Positions 8,446 to 17,231 of a DNA stretch of 32,000 nt are shown here, piece after piece (the stretch's first letter is position 1; each line of letters starts with the position of its first letter). The stretch spans positions 1,860,001 to 1,892,000 of the forward strand of contig NC_020304.1 of the NCBI RefSeq assembly GCF_000341395.1. Reading direction: 5' to 3'. A program made the position numbers and the translations under genes. This DNA is from Desulfocapsa sulfexigens DSM 10523 (GTDB lineage: Bacteria > Desulfobacterota > Desulfobulbia > Desulfobulbales > Desulfocapsaceae). The notes below the pieces were generated by a model that was given only the letters and a program-made list of their open reading frames with translations, was not told the DNA's origin and did no database searches.

Positions 8446-9198
8446 CTATTTTTTTGTTTGTAAAGGGTTTTTTTTGGAAAAAATTCTTTTTATGTCATTT
8501 TTGGTGAGAATTTTAAATTTTCCAATAGCTAAGTTATCCAGACCAAGGTCTCCATAGGCTAGACGTTTAAGGGATTGCACAGGATGGCCAACCATTTGAA
8601 ACATCTTTTTAACCTGCCGTTTCCGGCCCTCATGGATGGTGATAATAATTACAGAATTTCTATTATTTTTCCTGATAATTCGTAGTTTTGCTGGAGCAGT
8701 CTTCTTTTCGTCAAGCAATATGCCTTTCTCGAGAGATCGTATTGTCTGTTCAGATGGTAGCCCCTTTACTTCCGCCTCATACGTTTTATGGACTTCAAAT
8801 TTGGGATGAAGAATGCTTTGGGCGAGCTCCCCATCATTCGTGAGTAAAAGAGCACCTTCGGTATCGAGATCGAGTCTTCCAACCGGAAAAACCCTTTCTT
8901 TTATTCCTGGGAGTAATGAGGTGACAATTGGACGTCCCTGGGGGTCTGAAAGTGTTGTTACGTAGCCTTTGGGTTTATTGAGAAGGATGTATATAAGTTT
9001 TTCTCGTACTTCAACCCTTTTGTTATCAAAGAGTACTTTATGAACTCCAGGGGTTATCTGCTGGCCCATTGCGGTTGAAATGGTCCCATTGACCTTTACT
9101 CGTCCTGCAGCGATAAATTCTTCCGCCTTTCTTCGTGAAGCAATACCAGCCATGGCAAGAAACTTTTGGAGACGTACAGGTTTGTTGTTCATAATCAA
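8446..9198 (-). CDS. rluB: Pseudouridine synthase, RsuA/RluB family
   Basis: N-terminal S4 domain (RLQKFLAMAGIASRRKAEEFI) and catalytic GRLDxxTEG motif (VGRLDLDTEGALLLTNDG). The start overlaps the ubiD-like stop (ATGA). Confidence 0.85.
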   Translation of the reverse strand: MIMNNKPVRLQKFLAMAGIASRRKAEEFIAAGRVKVNGTISTAMGQQITPGVHKVLFDNKRVEVREKLIYILLNKPKGYVTTLSDPQGRPIVTSLLPGIKERVFPVGRLDLDTEGALLLTNDGELAQSILHPKFEVHKTYEAEVKGLPSEQTIRSLEKGILLDEKKTAPAKLRIIRKNNRNSVIIITIHEGRKRQVKKMFQMVGHPVQSLKRLAYGDLGLDNLAIGKFKILTKNDIKRIFSKKNPLQTKK

Positions 9199-10973
9199 CG
9201 GAGGTTGGGTGGCAGCAGCAGGTGAATACGGGAATCAACCAGTTTTTTGGTGGCGTCATCTACTTCAAGTACATCTGTGTACCAGGGTTTCATGCGGCAG
9301 TCAAAGACAATGGGTGGAGTAAGACCTACATGGAACCGTTGAACACTGGTGGCAGCACCATGGATATCGGCGGCAGGTTCAAATCTTGTGAAAAATGTCC
9401 AGAGAAATTCCTGGACAGAGCAGGTTGCTTCATCGCAGTTATCTACCAGCAGTATTGCGGGCCAGTTACTGAGGGCAGGATCTTGAGCTATGTGTTCTGC
9501 AAGATCGGGCTTTTCTTCATATCCAGTGGACTCCAGGACAAGCGTTCCCGGAAGATAGGCCTTTGCTTTCTGACAATGTATTGGGAGGTTCCCAGAAAAT
9601 TCAGTTGGGAGCTCTCGTATCTTTTCTTTTCCGAGGCCCATCATCATGGCCTTTGATCCTTTATTCACTGAAGGTCCGGTGTAATCGAGCGTATCCTGTG
9701 AGACATTTGCAAAAACGAAGAGATCACTATCCCATTGAATGCGTTCAAGAACATGAGTCCATAGTTCAGGGAAGTTAGTGATGTCAATATCACCATCGGT
9801 GAGAATTAAAAATTTTGTAAGGGAGAGTTGTCCTTCTCCAAGAACTCTGAGTCCACAGGCAAAAGCCTCACGAGGATAACGATCAGCAACACGGGCAGCT
9901 GCCAGGCAATGAAAGCCAGTTTCTCCAAAGGTTTTCAGTTCACGGACCCCTTTCATAACCAGTGGGAAAAGTGGTGAAAGCAGATCCTGGAGGAAGTCAC
10001 CAATAAAATAATCTTCCTGTTTTGGTCGGCCAACAATAGTTGCGGGATAGATGGCGTTGTTTCTGTGATAGAGATGAGATGCTTGAAAAACTGGGTAGTC
10101 ATGCTGTAACGAATTGTATCCGTAATGATCTCCAAAGGGACCTTCGGGCTTTCTTAAATGTGGAGGAACTACTCCCCGCACTGCGAATTCGGAATTGGCA
10201 ACTAGCCGATGCCCACCTTTTGGATCAGCCGTCATATCAAGTTTTTTGCCGATCAGCAGAGATGTAAGCATCAGTTCAGGGATATCTTCAGGAAGTGGGG
10301 CTATGGCAGAAAGCATTAGCGCAGGTGGGCCACCTATGTATAGGGTCATCGGTAGTGGTTGATTGAGCTTTTCTGCTTCGTGATAGTGGTAGCCTCCCCC
10401 CTTGTGTATCTGCCAGTGAATACCGGTTGTAGTGTCATCATGGCGTTGGATACGATACATACCAAGATTGTGTCCCTTTCCACCAGGATGTTCAGTGTAG
10501 ACCAGTGGCAACGTGACGAAGGCTCCTCCATCACTATGCCAAGATGTGAGCATGGGTAGACTGCTAAGGCGGGGTGGTAATTGGCAATTTTCAAGGATAG
10601 GGCCATGTTTTTTTTCTTTCAGACCAATCTTCAGGCCCTCTATAAAGAGATTTCGATTATCCCAGAGTTTTTTAGCCTTGAGCGGCATAAGTGATTCGGT
10701 GAGATTTACAAGGTCTCGGACAAAATTTTGCGGCCGAGAACCAAAAGCAAGTTCGAGTCGTTTTGCGGTACCGAAGAGATTGGTAATAACCGGAAACGAA
10801 CTTCCTTTCACTTTTGTAAAGAGAAGAGCAGGGCCCTGACGATGAATGACCCTGCGGTGAATTTCTGCAATTTCCAGATCGGGATTAACTTCTTCATCAA
10901 TAACAAGGAGCTGGTTTTCGCGGCGCAGCAGTTCGATGAAACTGCGCAGGTCGTAGAGGATGTCATGTGCCAT
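9195..10973 (-). CDS. UbiD-family (prenylated-FMN dependent) decarboxylase, long ~590-aa form
   Basis: Full-length UbiD-like blocks (GPALLFTKVKGS, NLGMYR, IHWQIHKGG, GPFGDHYGY). The long form is typical of menaquinone-type decarboxylases in futalosine-pathway organisms; that link is inference. Confidence 0.8.
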   Translation of the reverse strand: MAHDILYDLRSFIELLRRENQLLVIDEEVNPDLEIAEIHRRVIHRQGPALLFTKVKGSSFPVITNLFGTAKRLELAFGSRPQNFVRDLVNLTESLMPLKAKKLWDNRNLFIEGLKIGLKEKKHGPILENCQLPPRLSSLPMLTSWHSDGGAFVTLPLVYTEHPGGKGHNLGMYRIQRHDDTTTGIHWQIHKGGGYHYHEAEKLNQPLPMTLYIGGPPALMLSAIAPLPEDIPELMLTSLLIGKKLDMTADPKGGHRLVANSEFAVRGVVPPHLRKPEGPFGDHYGYNSLQHDYPVFQASHLYHRNNAIYPATIVGRPKQEDYFIGDFLQDLLSPLFPLVMKGVRELKTFGETGFHCLAAARVADRYPREAFACGLRVLGEGQLSLTKFLILTDGDIDITNFPELWTHVLERIQWDSDLFVFANVSQDTLDYTGPSVNKGSKAMMMGLGKEKIRELPTEFSGNLPIHCQKAKAYLPGTLVLESTGYEEKPDLAEHIAQDPALSNWPAILLVDNCDEATCSVQEFLWTFFTRFEPAADIHGAATSVQRFHVGLTPPIVFDCRMKPWYTDVLEVDDATKKLVDSRIHLLLPPNLR

Positions 10974-10987
10974 GGGCGACCTTTAAT

Positions 10988-11230
10988 TTATTTATGGTGG
11001 TGGGGTGACTGTTCGAGAAGGAACAGCTCATGGTATTCATCTTCGCTCATATTGCTTTTGAGAACACCGGTAAAATAATGAACAAGCTCCTGAATCTCTT
11101 CACTTGATAACCTGTTAGCAAGAGTCTGGGCAAGTTCAGGCCTGCCAATAAGCTGGAAAAAGCAGGTAATTGATTTACGGTCATGCTCAATATTCAAGCC
11201 AAAGCACATCTGATGGGGATCAAGATCCAT
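10988..11230 (-). CDS. Hypothetical 80-aa protein with His-rich tail
   Basis: ORF from MDLDPHQMCF... ending ...EQSPHHHK. It is wedged between yjbQ (stop 11250) and the UbiD gene (start 10973, 14-nt gap). The track start at 11335 would overlap yjbQ by 86 nt. No family recognised. Confidence 0.45.
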   Translation of the reverse strand: MDLDPHQMCFGLNIEHDRKSITCFFQLIGRPELAQTLANRLSSEEIQELVHYFTGVLKSNMSEDEYHELFLLEQSPHHHK

Positions 11231-11249
11231 GGAGTATGAGTGGTAAGAG

Positions 11250-11654
11250 TTAGTTGGTTGCAAGCAGCTTCCAATGAATTTTTCTGGTGCGCGGACCGTC
11301 AAATTCACAAAAATAAATGGCCTGCCAGGTACCAAGTTGCAGCCGACTACTGCTTACCATAAGGGTAAGTGATGCTCCCATCAGAGAAGCCATGATGTGG
11401 GAAGGTGAGTTCCCTTCCATATGTTTGAACGGATAGTCTAGCGGAACAATTTCTTTTAATCCCTTAATGATATCCCTTCGTACGTCCGGATCAGCACCTT
11501 CATTGATCGTCAGGCCAGCCGTTGTATGAGGATTGAAAAGATAGCATATTCCTTCCTCAACTCCGGTCTCTGAGACCCGCTTCTGCACCTCGCTTGTGAT
11601 GTCAAGGAGGTGCATATGCTTATTGGTGGGTATGGTAAAGTTGCCAGAATACAT
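11250..11654 (-). CDS. yjbQ: YjbQ/UPF0047 family protein (secondary thiamine-phosphate synthase-like)
   Basis: 134 aa with the family signature NPHTTAGLTINEGADPDVRRD plus HIMASLMG and GTWQAIYFCEFDGPR. Confidence 0.8.
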   Translation of the reverse strand: MYSGNFTIPTNKHMHLLDITSEVQKRVSETGVEEGICYLFNPHTTAGLTINEGADPDVRRDIIKGLKEIVPLDYPFKHMEGNSPSHIMASLMGASLTLMVSSSRLQLGTWQAIYFCEFDGPRTRKIHWKLLATN

Positions 11655-11655
11655 A

Positions 11656-12111
11656 TTAATTTTTCAGCTGCCAGTGGCCATAGCTATCACGGCAGGCGGT
11701 GGTGTAGACAGTTTCCGTTTTTCCATTAATTATTGACTGGATTTGCGCTTGCCGGCAGGGTTGGTTTGTGGATGGATTAGTATAGGCTGGCTGAGGAGTA
11801 ACCTGATACTGGTTTCCGTTGTCAGGGTTTTGCCAGGCGTTGGTTTGCCCTGAAACTCCACGCTCATATACGTGATTAAGTTGCTCTCTGTCGTATTTGT
11901 CCATCTCGTTACCAATCATATAACCAAGCATGGTTCCAACGGCAGCTCCTATGAGGGTAGCTTCTGTGTTATGCCCTATAGCCTGACCAATCAAGGCACC
12001 ACCAGCAGCACCACCAACGGCACCCATTCCTGCTTTGTTGGGTCCATTGGCACATGAGGATAAAAGAAGGGTTAAGCTCAGGATAACAGGAATAATAATA
12101 GTACTTTTCAT
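11656..12111 (-). CDS. Glycine-zipper lipoprotein (17-kDa surface antigen / SlyB-like)
   Basis: From MKSTIIIPVILSLTLLLSSC (lipobox LSSC), then the Gly-zipper GMGAVGGAAGGALIGQAIG...GAAVGTMLGYMIG. The track start at 12162 adds 17 non-signal residues. Confidence 0.7.
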   Translation of the reverse strand: MKSTIIIPVILSLTLLLSSCANGPNKAGMGAVGGAAGGALIGQAIGHNTEATLIGAAVGTMLGYMIGNEMDKYDREQLNHVYERGVSGQTNAWQNPDNGNQYQVTPQPAYTNPSTNQPCRQAQIQSIINGKTETVYTTACRDSYGHWQLKN

Positions 12112-12203
12112 TGTGGACTCCTTGGAAATGGTGAAAGAAAACTCAGATAGTTGTGAAAACAAATAGTCATGCCCTTTCGTTTGTCAATCATCCGAAGATG
12201 AAA

Positions 12204-12542
12204 TCAGGATCGATCAATTTTTTTATTAAGCGCATACAATTGCTCCAGACGCAATTTACTGCGTCGCAGCTGTTCTATCTCATCGAGCAGATCAAGGGCA
12301 AGTGCGGTGCCTGGGAGATTGACTCGTAAATCTTCCTGAAGGCGAATTGATATCTGGATTCGTCTAACTTCAAATGCTGCAAATCGCCATTCCCGAGGAT
12401 CATGTCCCTGTGGTGAGATTATCCCTTCATCAATAAGATCCTGAACAAATTGGGCGTGAACCTTACAGATATTGCAGAGTTCACGGAGGCTGTATGCGCA
12501 GTTTTCATCAATAATTGTATACTGGAGTTCAGTAGTCATCAT
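12204..12542 (-). CDS. cbpM: Chaperone modulatory protein CbpM (MerR-like)
   Basis: ~110-aa protein immediately after the cbpA-like gene, coupled by a TAATG overlap at 12542. Size, position and helix-rich sequence fit CbpM. Confidence 0.7.
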   Translation of the reverse strand: MMTTELQYTIIDENCAYSLRELCNICKVHAQFVQDLIDEGIISPQGHDPREWRFAAFEVRRIQISIRLQEDLRVNLPGTALALDLLDEIEQLRRSKLRLEQLYALNKKIDRS

Positions 12543-13510
12543 TATACTCCAAGGTGGCTGCGAGGGTTAAAAGACATGGTTTTTTTCATACGGTTGTAGA
12601 GCTCTTTATCGGCATCTGTAAGGGGTTTTGGTACCATGATGGCAAGAGTCACATACTGGTCACCACTCAGTTTTGTAGAACAGAGGCCCCTGCCTTTGAG
12701 TCGAAGTTTTTTCCCCGTCTGAGAGTTTGGTGGTATTTTTAGCTCTACAGTTCCGCCGAGCGTCGGAACAGGGATGGTAGCTCCAAGTGCTGCTTCCCAT
12801 GGAGAAATTGGCAGAGTAAGCAGAATGTCGCGATTATCGGGAACAAAATAGTTGTGGGCTGCAAATGCCACTTCGAGAAAGAGGTCACCATTGTCGCCAC
12901 CGCCAATTCCCTCGGCACCCTGTCCAGCCAGTCGAATCTGCTGGCCTGCAGTAATTCCTTTTGGAATGGAAACCTGCAGAGTGTGAGGACGGGTGGTTAC
13001 GTGGCCGGAGCCATCAACAGCCGGGCGTTGCAGGGTGAGTGATTGTTTACTGCCGTGATAACTGTCCTCCAGTTGTATGACTATTTTGGCGTGTAGATCC
13101 TGCCCTTTACCTGAATAACGACTGTGTCGGCCGGTAAATGGGCCCTGTCGCCTTGCCTCCGCTTTTCTCTGTGCGCCAAAAAGAGATTCAAAGAAATCAC
13201 TGAATTGAGAAGCGTCGGTCTCAGTATATCCGCCACCTGTGAATTCAAAACCATTATCCCAGTTAGGCGGTGGCTTAAAATCTTGACCAGCCTTCCAGTC
13301 TTTGCCGAATTTGTCGTAGGCAGCCCGCTTTTCTACGTCCTGTAAAACCTCGTAGGCCTCACCAATTTCTTTGAAACGCCCTTCAGCTGTGGCCTCCTTG
13401 TTGATATCCGGATGATACTTTCGAGCGAGTTTTCTGTAGGCCCGTTTTACTTCATCCTGAGTGGCATTTCGATCAATGCCCAAGGTTGTGTAGTAGTCTT
13501 TGAATTCCAT
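12542..13510 (-). CDS. cbpA: Curved-DNA-binding protein CbpA (DnaJ-class co-chaperone without zinc finger)
   Basis: J-domain ([33 protein letters not shown]), no Cys-rich zinc domain, DnaJ C-terminal domains. 322 aa. Confidence 0.88.
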   Translation of the reverse strand: MEFKDYYTTLGIDRNATQDEVKRAYRKLARKYHPDINKEATAEGRFKEIGEAYEVLQDVEKRAAYDKFGKDWKAGQDFKPPPNWDNGFEFTGGGYTETDASQFSDFFESLFGAQRKAEARRQGPFTGRHSRYSGKGQDLHAKIVIQLEDSYHGSKQSLTLQRPAVDGSGHVTTRPHTLQVSIPKGITAGQQIRLAGQGAEGIGGGDNGDLFLEVAFAAHNYFVPDNRDILLTLPISPWEAALGATIPVPTLGGTVELKIPPNSQTGKKLRLKGRGLCSTKLSGDQYVTLAIMVPKPLTDADKELYNRMKKTMSFNPRSHLGV

Positions 13511-13608
13511 ATTCAGTCCTGGGTGGTTTTGATCATGATTCTATCTGTACATGGCTGTATTTTACCGCATATTGGACTAAATTAAAGGAAATAAATCGTA
13601 CGGCACTA

Positions 13609-14772
13609 TTAAGACCTTGTTCTTCCGGGTAGCATCAGAATAAAAGGAATACCCAGCAATCCGACTGCAGCACTGACAAGGTAGGCTGATTGTAGTCCGC
13701 TCCGGTCAGCTATCATGCCAATAACAACCACCATTGATGCACGAGCCATAAAAGCGATCAACATAAACATACCATTGGCGGCTGCGGGAGAGTTTTTTGC
13801 GTGTTCCTGAATCAGGGCGAGCATAACCGGAGTAGTGGATAGTATCATGAAACCACAACTGACCAGGGATACCATCCGAACCCAATCGTTGCTGATCACA
13901 AAGAGGAGAACGCTCAATGGCGCTCCCACCAGAGATATCAGTAGTACCCGTCGTCTACCTAGGTAATCACTGAGCGACCCGGCAGTTAGCACGCCAGCAA
14001 CTCCAGCAGCCTCAAACAGCATCAGAGCCATTCCGCCCAGCCAGATACTGCCACTTTCATTTTGAATAAAAAGGGGTAAAAAGGCGGTCATAGATCCGTG
14101 CATAAAACTACGCGCCAGGAGTATGAATGTGAGTGGCATAAGGATGTGTCGCATTTCTTTAAATGTGGTGATAAGTGAGATCTTGTTGCCGTTATTATGA
14201 AAAGAAAGATCTACATTTCTGAACCGTACAAAGAGCCAGACGGAGGCGGCAATACCTACGATCATAATAGGCCAGATCCCTTCAAACCCAAGCAAAGAGA
14301 CTGCGCTCACTGCAATCAATGGCCCTATTGTCCGGGCAAGTTCCCCACCAGTCATAAAGAAGCTCATTCCTCTACCCTTTCGTGACCCGGCCATACGGGC
14401 AATCATTACGGGAGCGGGTACATGGAACATGGCAATGCTGATTCCTGCAATAAAGAGGAGAAGGAGCAATACTCCATAAGTCGGCGCAAGTCCGATCAGG
14501 CTCATGGGGATGGCTGTCATCATGGGTGCCAGAATAACAAAATAGCGAAGACTAGCCCTATCAGCCAGCATTCCGATAAAGGGATTCATCAGAGCGGGAA
14601 GCTGCATAACTGCAGAGAGAAAACCTGCTTGTGTCAGTGACATGGAAAGCTTATCGATCAGCAGGGGGAGAAGGGGAGCGAGAAAGGACGAGTATACGTC
14701 GTGAATAAAATGGCAGAATGAAAGCAGGAGGATTTCTGCTGCTTTAAATGAAGAATGCTTTGTGTTTTGCAT
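13609..14772 (-). CDS. MFS transporter
   Basis: 387-aa protein with ~12 hydrophobic segments and an MFS loop 2-3 style motif (GMLADRASLRY). Substrate unknown. Confidence 0.75.
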   Translation of the reverse strand: MQNTKHSSFKAAEILLLSFCHFIHDVYSSFLAPLLPLLIDKLSMSLTQAGFLSAVMQLPALMNPFIGMLADRASLRYFVILAPMMTAIPMSLIGLAPTYGVLLLLLFIAGISIAMFHVPAPVMIARMAGSRKGRGMSFFMTGGELARTIGPLIAVSAVSLLGFEGIWPIMIVGIAASVWLFVRFRNVDLSFHNNGNKISLITTFKEMRHILMPLTFILLARSFMHGSMTAFLPLFIQNESGSIWLGGMALMLFEAAGVAGVLTAGSLSDYLGRRRVLLISLVGAPLSVLLFVISNDWVRMVSLVSCGFMILSTTPVMLALIQEHAKNSPAAANGMFMLIAFMARASMVVVIGMIADRSGLQSAYLVSAAVGLLGIPFILMLPGRTRS

Positions 14773-14970
14773 GGTTGTCTCTATTATAGGTGAAGGTGTG
14801 AATGCGAGTCCTCACGGTTCTCTGCCTTGTGTGCGGTTGTTGGCTACAGTAAGGGGAGAAAAAAACAAATAGCACGCGGCCATTCGTGGTTATGTGTGCC
14901 TGATTCTTTTGGATTGCCAATATTTATAACGATATTTGAATGCAATTAGGAAAGCATTTTTATCTAAGAA

Positions 14971-16581
14971 TTACTTGTCTGTGACAAGCATTATTCGACC
15001 ATCCGGGGCGGGAGGATTCAGGGTCTTATTCTGTGTTATAGCCATGGACATTATCGAGTAGAGGGTGGTGTAGGTGTTAGTTTGATTCTGACCATATTGG
15101 TTAAACCAGTAATATTTGTTTCCTTCATGCTTGGCAAGAAAAGCATTTGTTGCCACAGAGTATGTTTTTTCAGGATCCAGCGGACTGTAAGAGTTGTCCT
15201 TGTTACGTACCTGGATCGTAACTAATTGGTTACCTTTTTTGTTCACTTCCCACTTTCCATTTTTCTCGGTAATCTCTTGTACAGAGGCGTTTGTCTGTAT
15301 CTTGATCCTGGCACCGGCAATTTGCAGAAAACCGCCCTCTCCTAAAGACGCAGCAGAGTGCTCCAGTATTTCACGAAGGTATTGACCCTTAATTTTCAGC
15401 AAATAGATGTCATTTTCAAAAGCATCTATTTCGTAGAGCATGGTGTCTGTCACCGGTCCGGCAGGGTAAACTTTGTTTCCCCTGAATGCGCCACCATTGT
15501 TCAGTACCAGATCGACTTTGAATTTTTCAAGAATAAGATCATTGACCATGTCAGCAACACTGGATTCCTCTGATCGGACTGATTTCTTGTCGAGATGCCA
15601 CTCTTTGTCAGTGCTCCCAAGTATTACTGCTCCAGGCAATTGATCTGTGAAATGTTTCAACTGTTCTGAGGTGTTGGGGTCTTCCTGAATGGATGCAACT
15701 ATTGGAATCAGCGAATACTTGGCAGAAAGGGGGAGAAGCCGCTTGTTTGCATCGAGTTCCATATCCAGGCGAACCAGAGCCGTTCCTTTTTCACCACCAT
15801 TTACAATAAGGGTGTCATTAATGGTTTCCATCTGTGTCAGGTAATCATGAGAATGACCACCGAAAATAATGTCAATTCCATTCACTCCAGCTGCCAGTTG
15901 TCTGTCGAGGTCAATTCCTAAATGAGTAACCGCTACAATGATATCAACATTTTCCTTCTTGAGGGAACTGATCATTTCTTCAGCAATTGAAAAGGTAGGT
16001 TCTTTTAGGGTGACATCGCCACCATTGGTTACGTAGGCAAACTCTGGAGTCATTAAGGAGAAGTAGCCAATACGAATATCATCATATTCTGTGATGAATA
16101 TTGTAAGGCAGGAGTTGTCAAGTGCGGTGCCTTTAATATTGAGGTCAGAACACAGGGTAGTGAGGTCTGTTTCAGAGAGGGCCTCGCCAAGCATACCTGA
16201 ACCATGGTCAAACTCATGGTTGCCAAGACCATAGATATCATAGCCTGCTACCTTGAGAAGTTTTATGATGGCCTTTCCCTGAAAAGTATTAAAGTACCGT
16301 CCCATTAAATCATCACCGGATGATAGAACAATGACAGGGGTTTTGGATTCAGTTTTTGTTTTCTTGATAATGGAAGCTATACGACTGATACCACCGACCA
16401 CCTGGGTCTTATTGCCAGTGCCATCCAGATCAATTGAGCTTAAAGAAGGCTCAAGTTGCCCCTGTAAATCTGCAGTTCCTAAGAATGTGAGATGCTTGGT
16501 GTTTGATGCTGCAACACCATTGCAGCAATAGAGAGAAAAGGTGATAAGTGTGGCACAAAGAAAGATTGTTTTGGATTGCAT
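14971..16581 (-). CDS. Secreted bifunctional metallophosphatase / 5'-nucleotidase (UshA-like)
   Basis: Signal peptide (MQSKTIFLCATLITFSLYCCNGVAA), calcineurin-type motifs (GTADLQG, GDDLMG, GNHEFD, GGHSH), and a C-terminal 5'-nucleotidase domain. AAGGGA RBS. Confidence 0.85.
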   Translation of the reverse strand: MQSKTIFLCATLITFSLYCCNGVAASNTKHLTFLGTADLQGQLEPSLSSIDLDGTGNKTQVVGGISRIASIIKKTKTESKTPVIVLSSGDDLMGRYFNTFQGKAIIKLLKVAGYDIYGLGNHEFDHGSGMLGEALSETDLTTLCSDLNIKGTALDNSCLTIFITEYDDIRIGYFSLMTPEFAYVTNGGDVTLKEPTFSIAEEMISSLKKENVDIIVAVTHLGIDLDRQLAAGVNGIDIIFGGHSHDYLTQMETINDTLIVNGGEKGTALVRLDMELDANKRLLPLSAKYSLIPIVASIQEDPNTSEQLKHFTDQLPGAVILGSTDKEWHLDKKSVRSEESSVADMVNDLILEKFKVDLVLNNGGAFRGNKVYPAGPVTDTMLYEIDAFENDIYLLKIKGQYLREILEHSAASLGEGGFLQIAGARIKIQTNASVQEITEKNGKWEVNKKGNQLVTIQVRNKDNSYSPLDPEKTYSVATNAFLAKHEGNKYYWFNQYGQNQTNTYTTLYSIMSMAITQNKTLNPPAPDGRIMLVTDK

Positions 16582-16630
16582 GGGGATCCCTTAGCTAAAG
16601 TTTCCAAAAAAAAATCATATTATAGATATT

Positions 16631-16808
16631 CCTGATTACCATCGAAACTCAGCTTTGCAACCCTGAGTTGTTCCGTGTCGATTATATGGGACGCCATAAA
16701 CCCATCCCTGGGGGCTCTGCTGCGGCCGTCCATGCCGCAGATGCCCATATAATCAACACGAAACAACTCCTCCTCAAACGGGTAGGCTGATGATTAGTGG
16801 TAATCAGG
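16631..16808. mobile_element. MITE-like non-autonomous element (178 bp) with 11-bp perfect TIRs and 8-bp target-site duplication
   Basis: CCTGATTACCA (16631-16641) and its exact reverse complement TGGTAATCAGG (16798-16808) are flanked on both sides by the direct repeat TAGATATT (16623-16630 and 16809-16816). The interior holds a 24-bp imperfect inverted repeat (16667-16690 vs 16744-16767, 2 mismatches) and small hairpins. No ORF. Confidence 0.6.
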
Positions 16809-16909
16809 TAGATATTTGGGGGGCAGACTATAGGTTTTTTATATCGTCAAAAAAACTGATTTGTCCCTGATTGTCTGTTTGTTTTCATGGTAGCCATATT
16901 AGCTCAATA

Positions 16910-17170
16910 TCACGAGTTAACCCCTGCAACCAAAAGCAACACTCCCAAAAAACCGACAAAAAAACCAATAATACTTAAAACTGTGTACAGCCCTTTATCT
17001 GCTGTATGAGTTCGCGATAACTCTATATTTGGAAATTCAACACCTCCATCTGAAGAGCGATGTTCTGATTCATACTTTTTCAGAACTGTCATTTTTTCAC
17101 GCGCCTTGGTAATCATAAAAATACCAATTGCTACGAACAGAGTTCCTAGTAGGAGTGCTGGTATAGACAT
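16910..17170 (-). CDS. Hypothetical small membrane protein (2 TM)
   Basis: 86 aa with N- and C-terminal hydrophobic helices around a charged loop. AGGA RBS. Lies 61 nt downstream of the ankyrin gene on the same strand. Confidence 0.55.
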   Translation of the reverse strand: MSIPALLLGTLFVAIGIFMITKAREKMTVLKKYESEHRSSDGGVEFPNIELSRTHTADKGLYTVLSIIGFFVGFLGVLLLVAGVNS

Positions 17171-17231
17171 ATATATCCTATCGTTATTAAATGGGGATGT
17201 GGTGAATTTTCCATGAAAGTAAGTTGATAGA

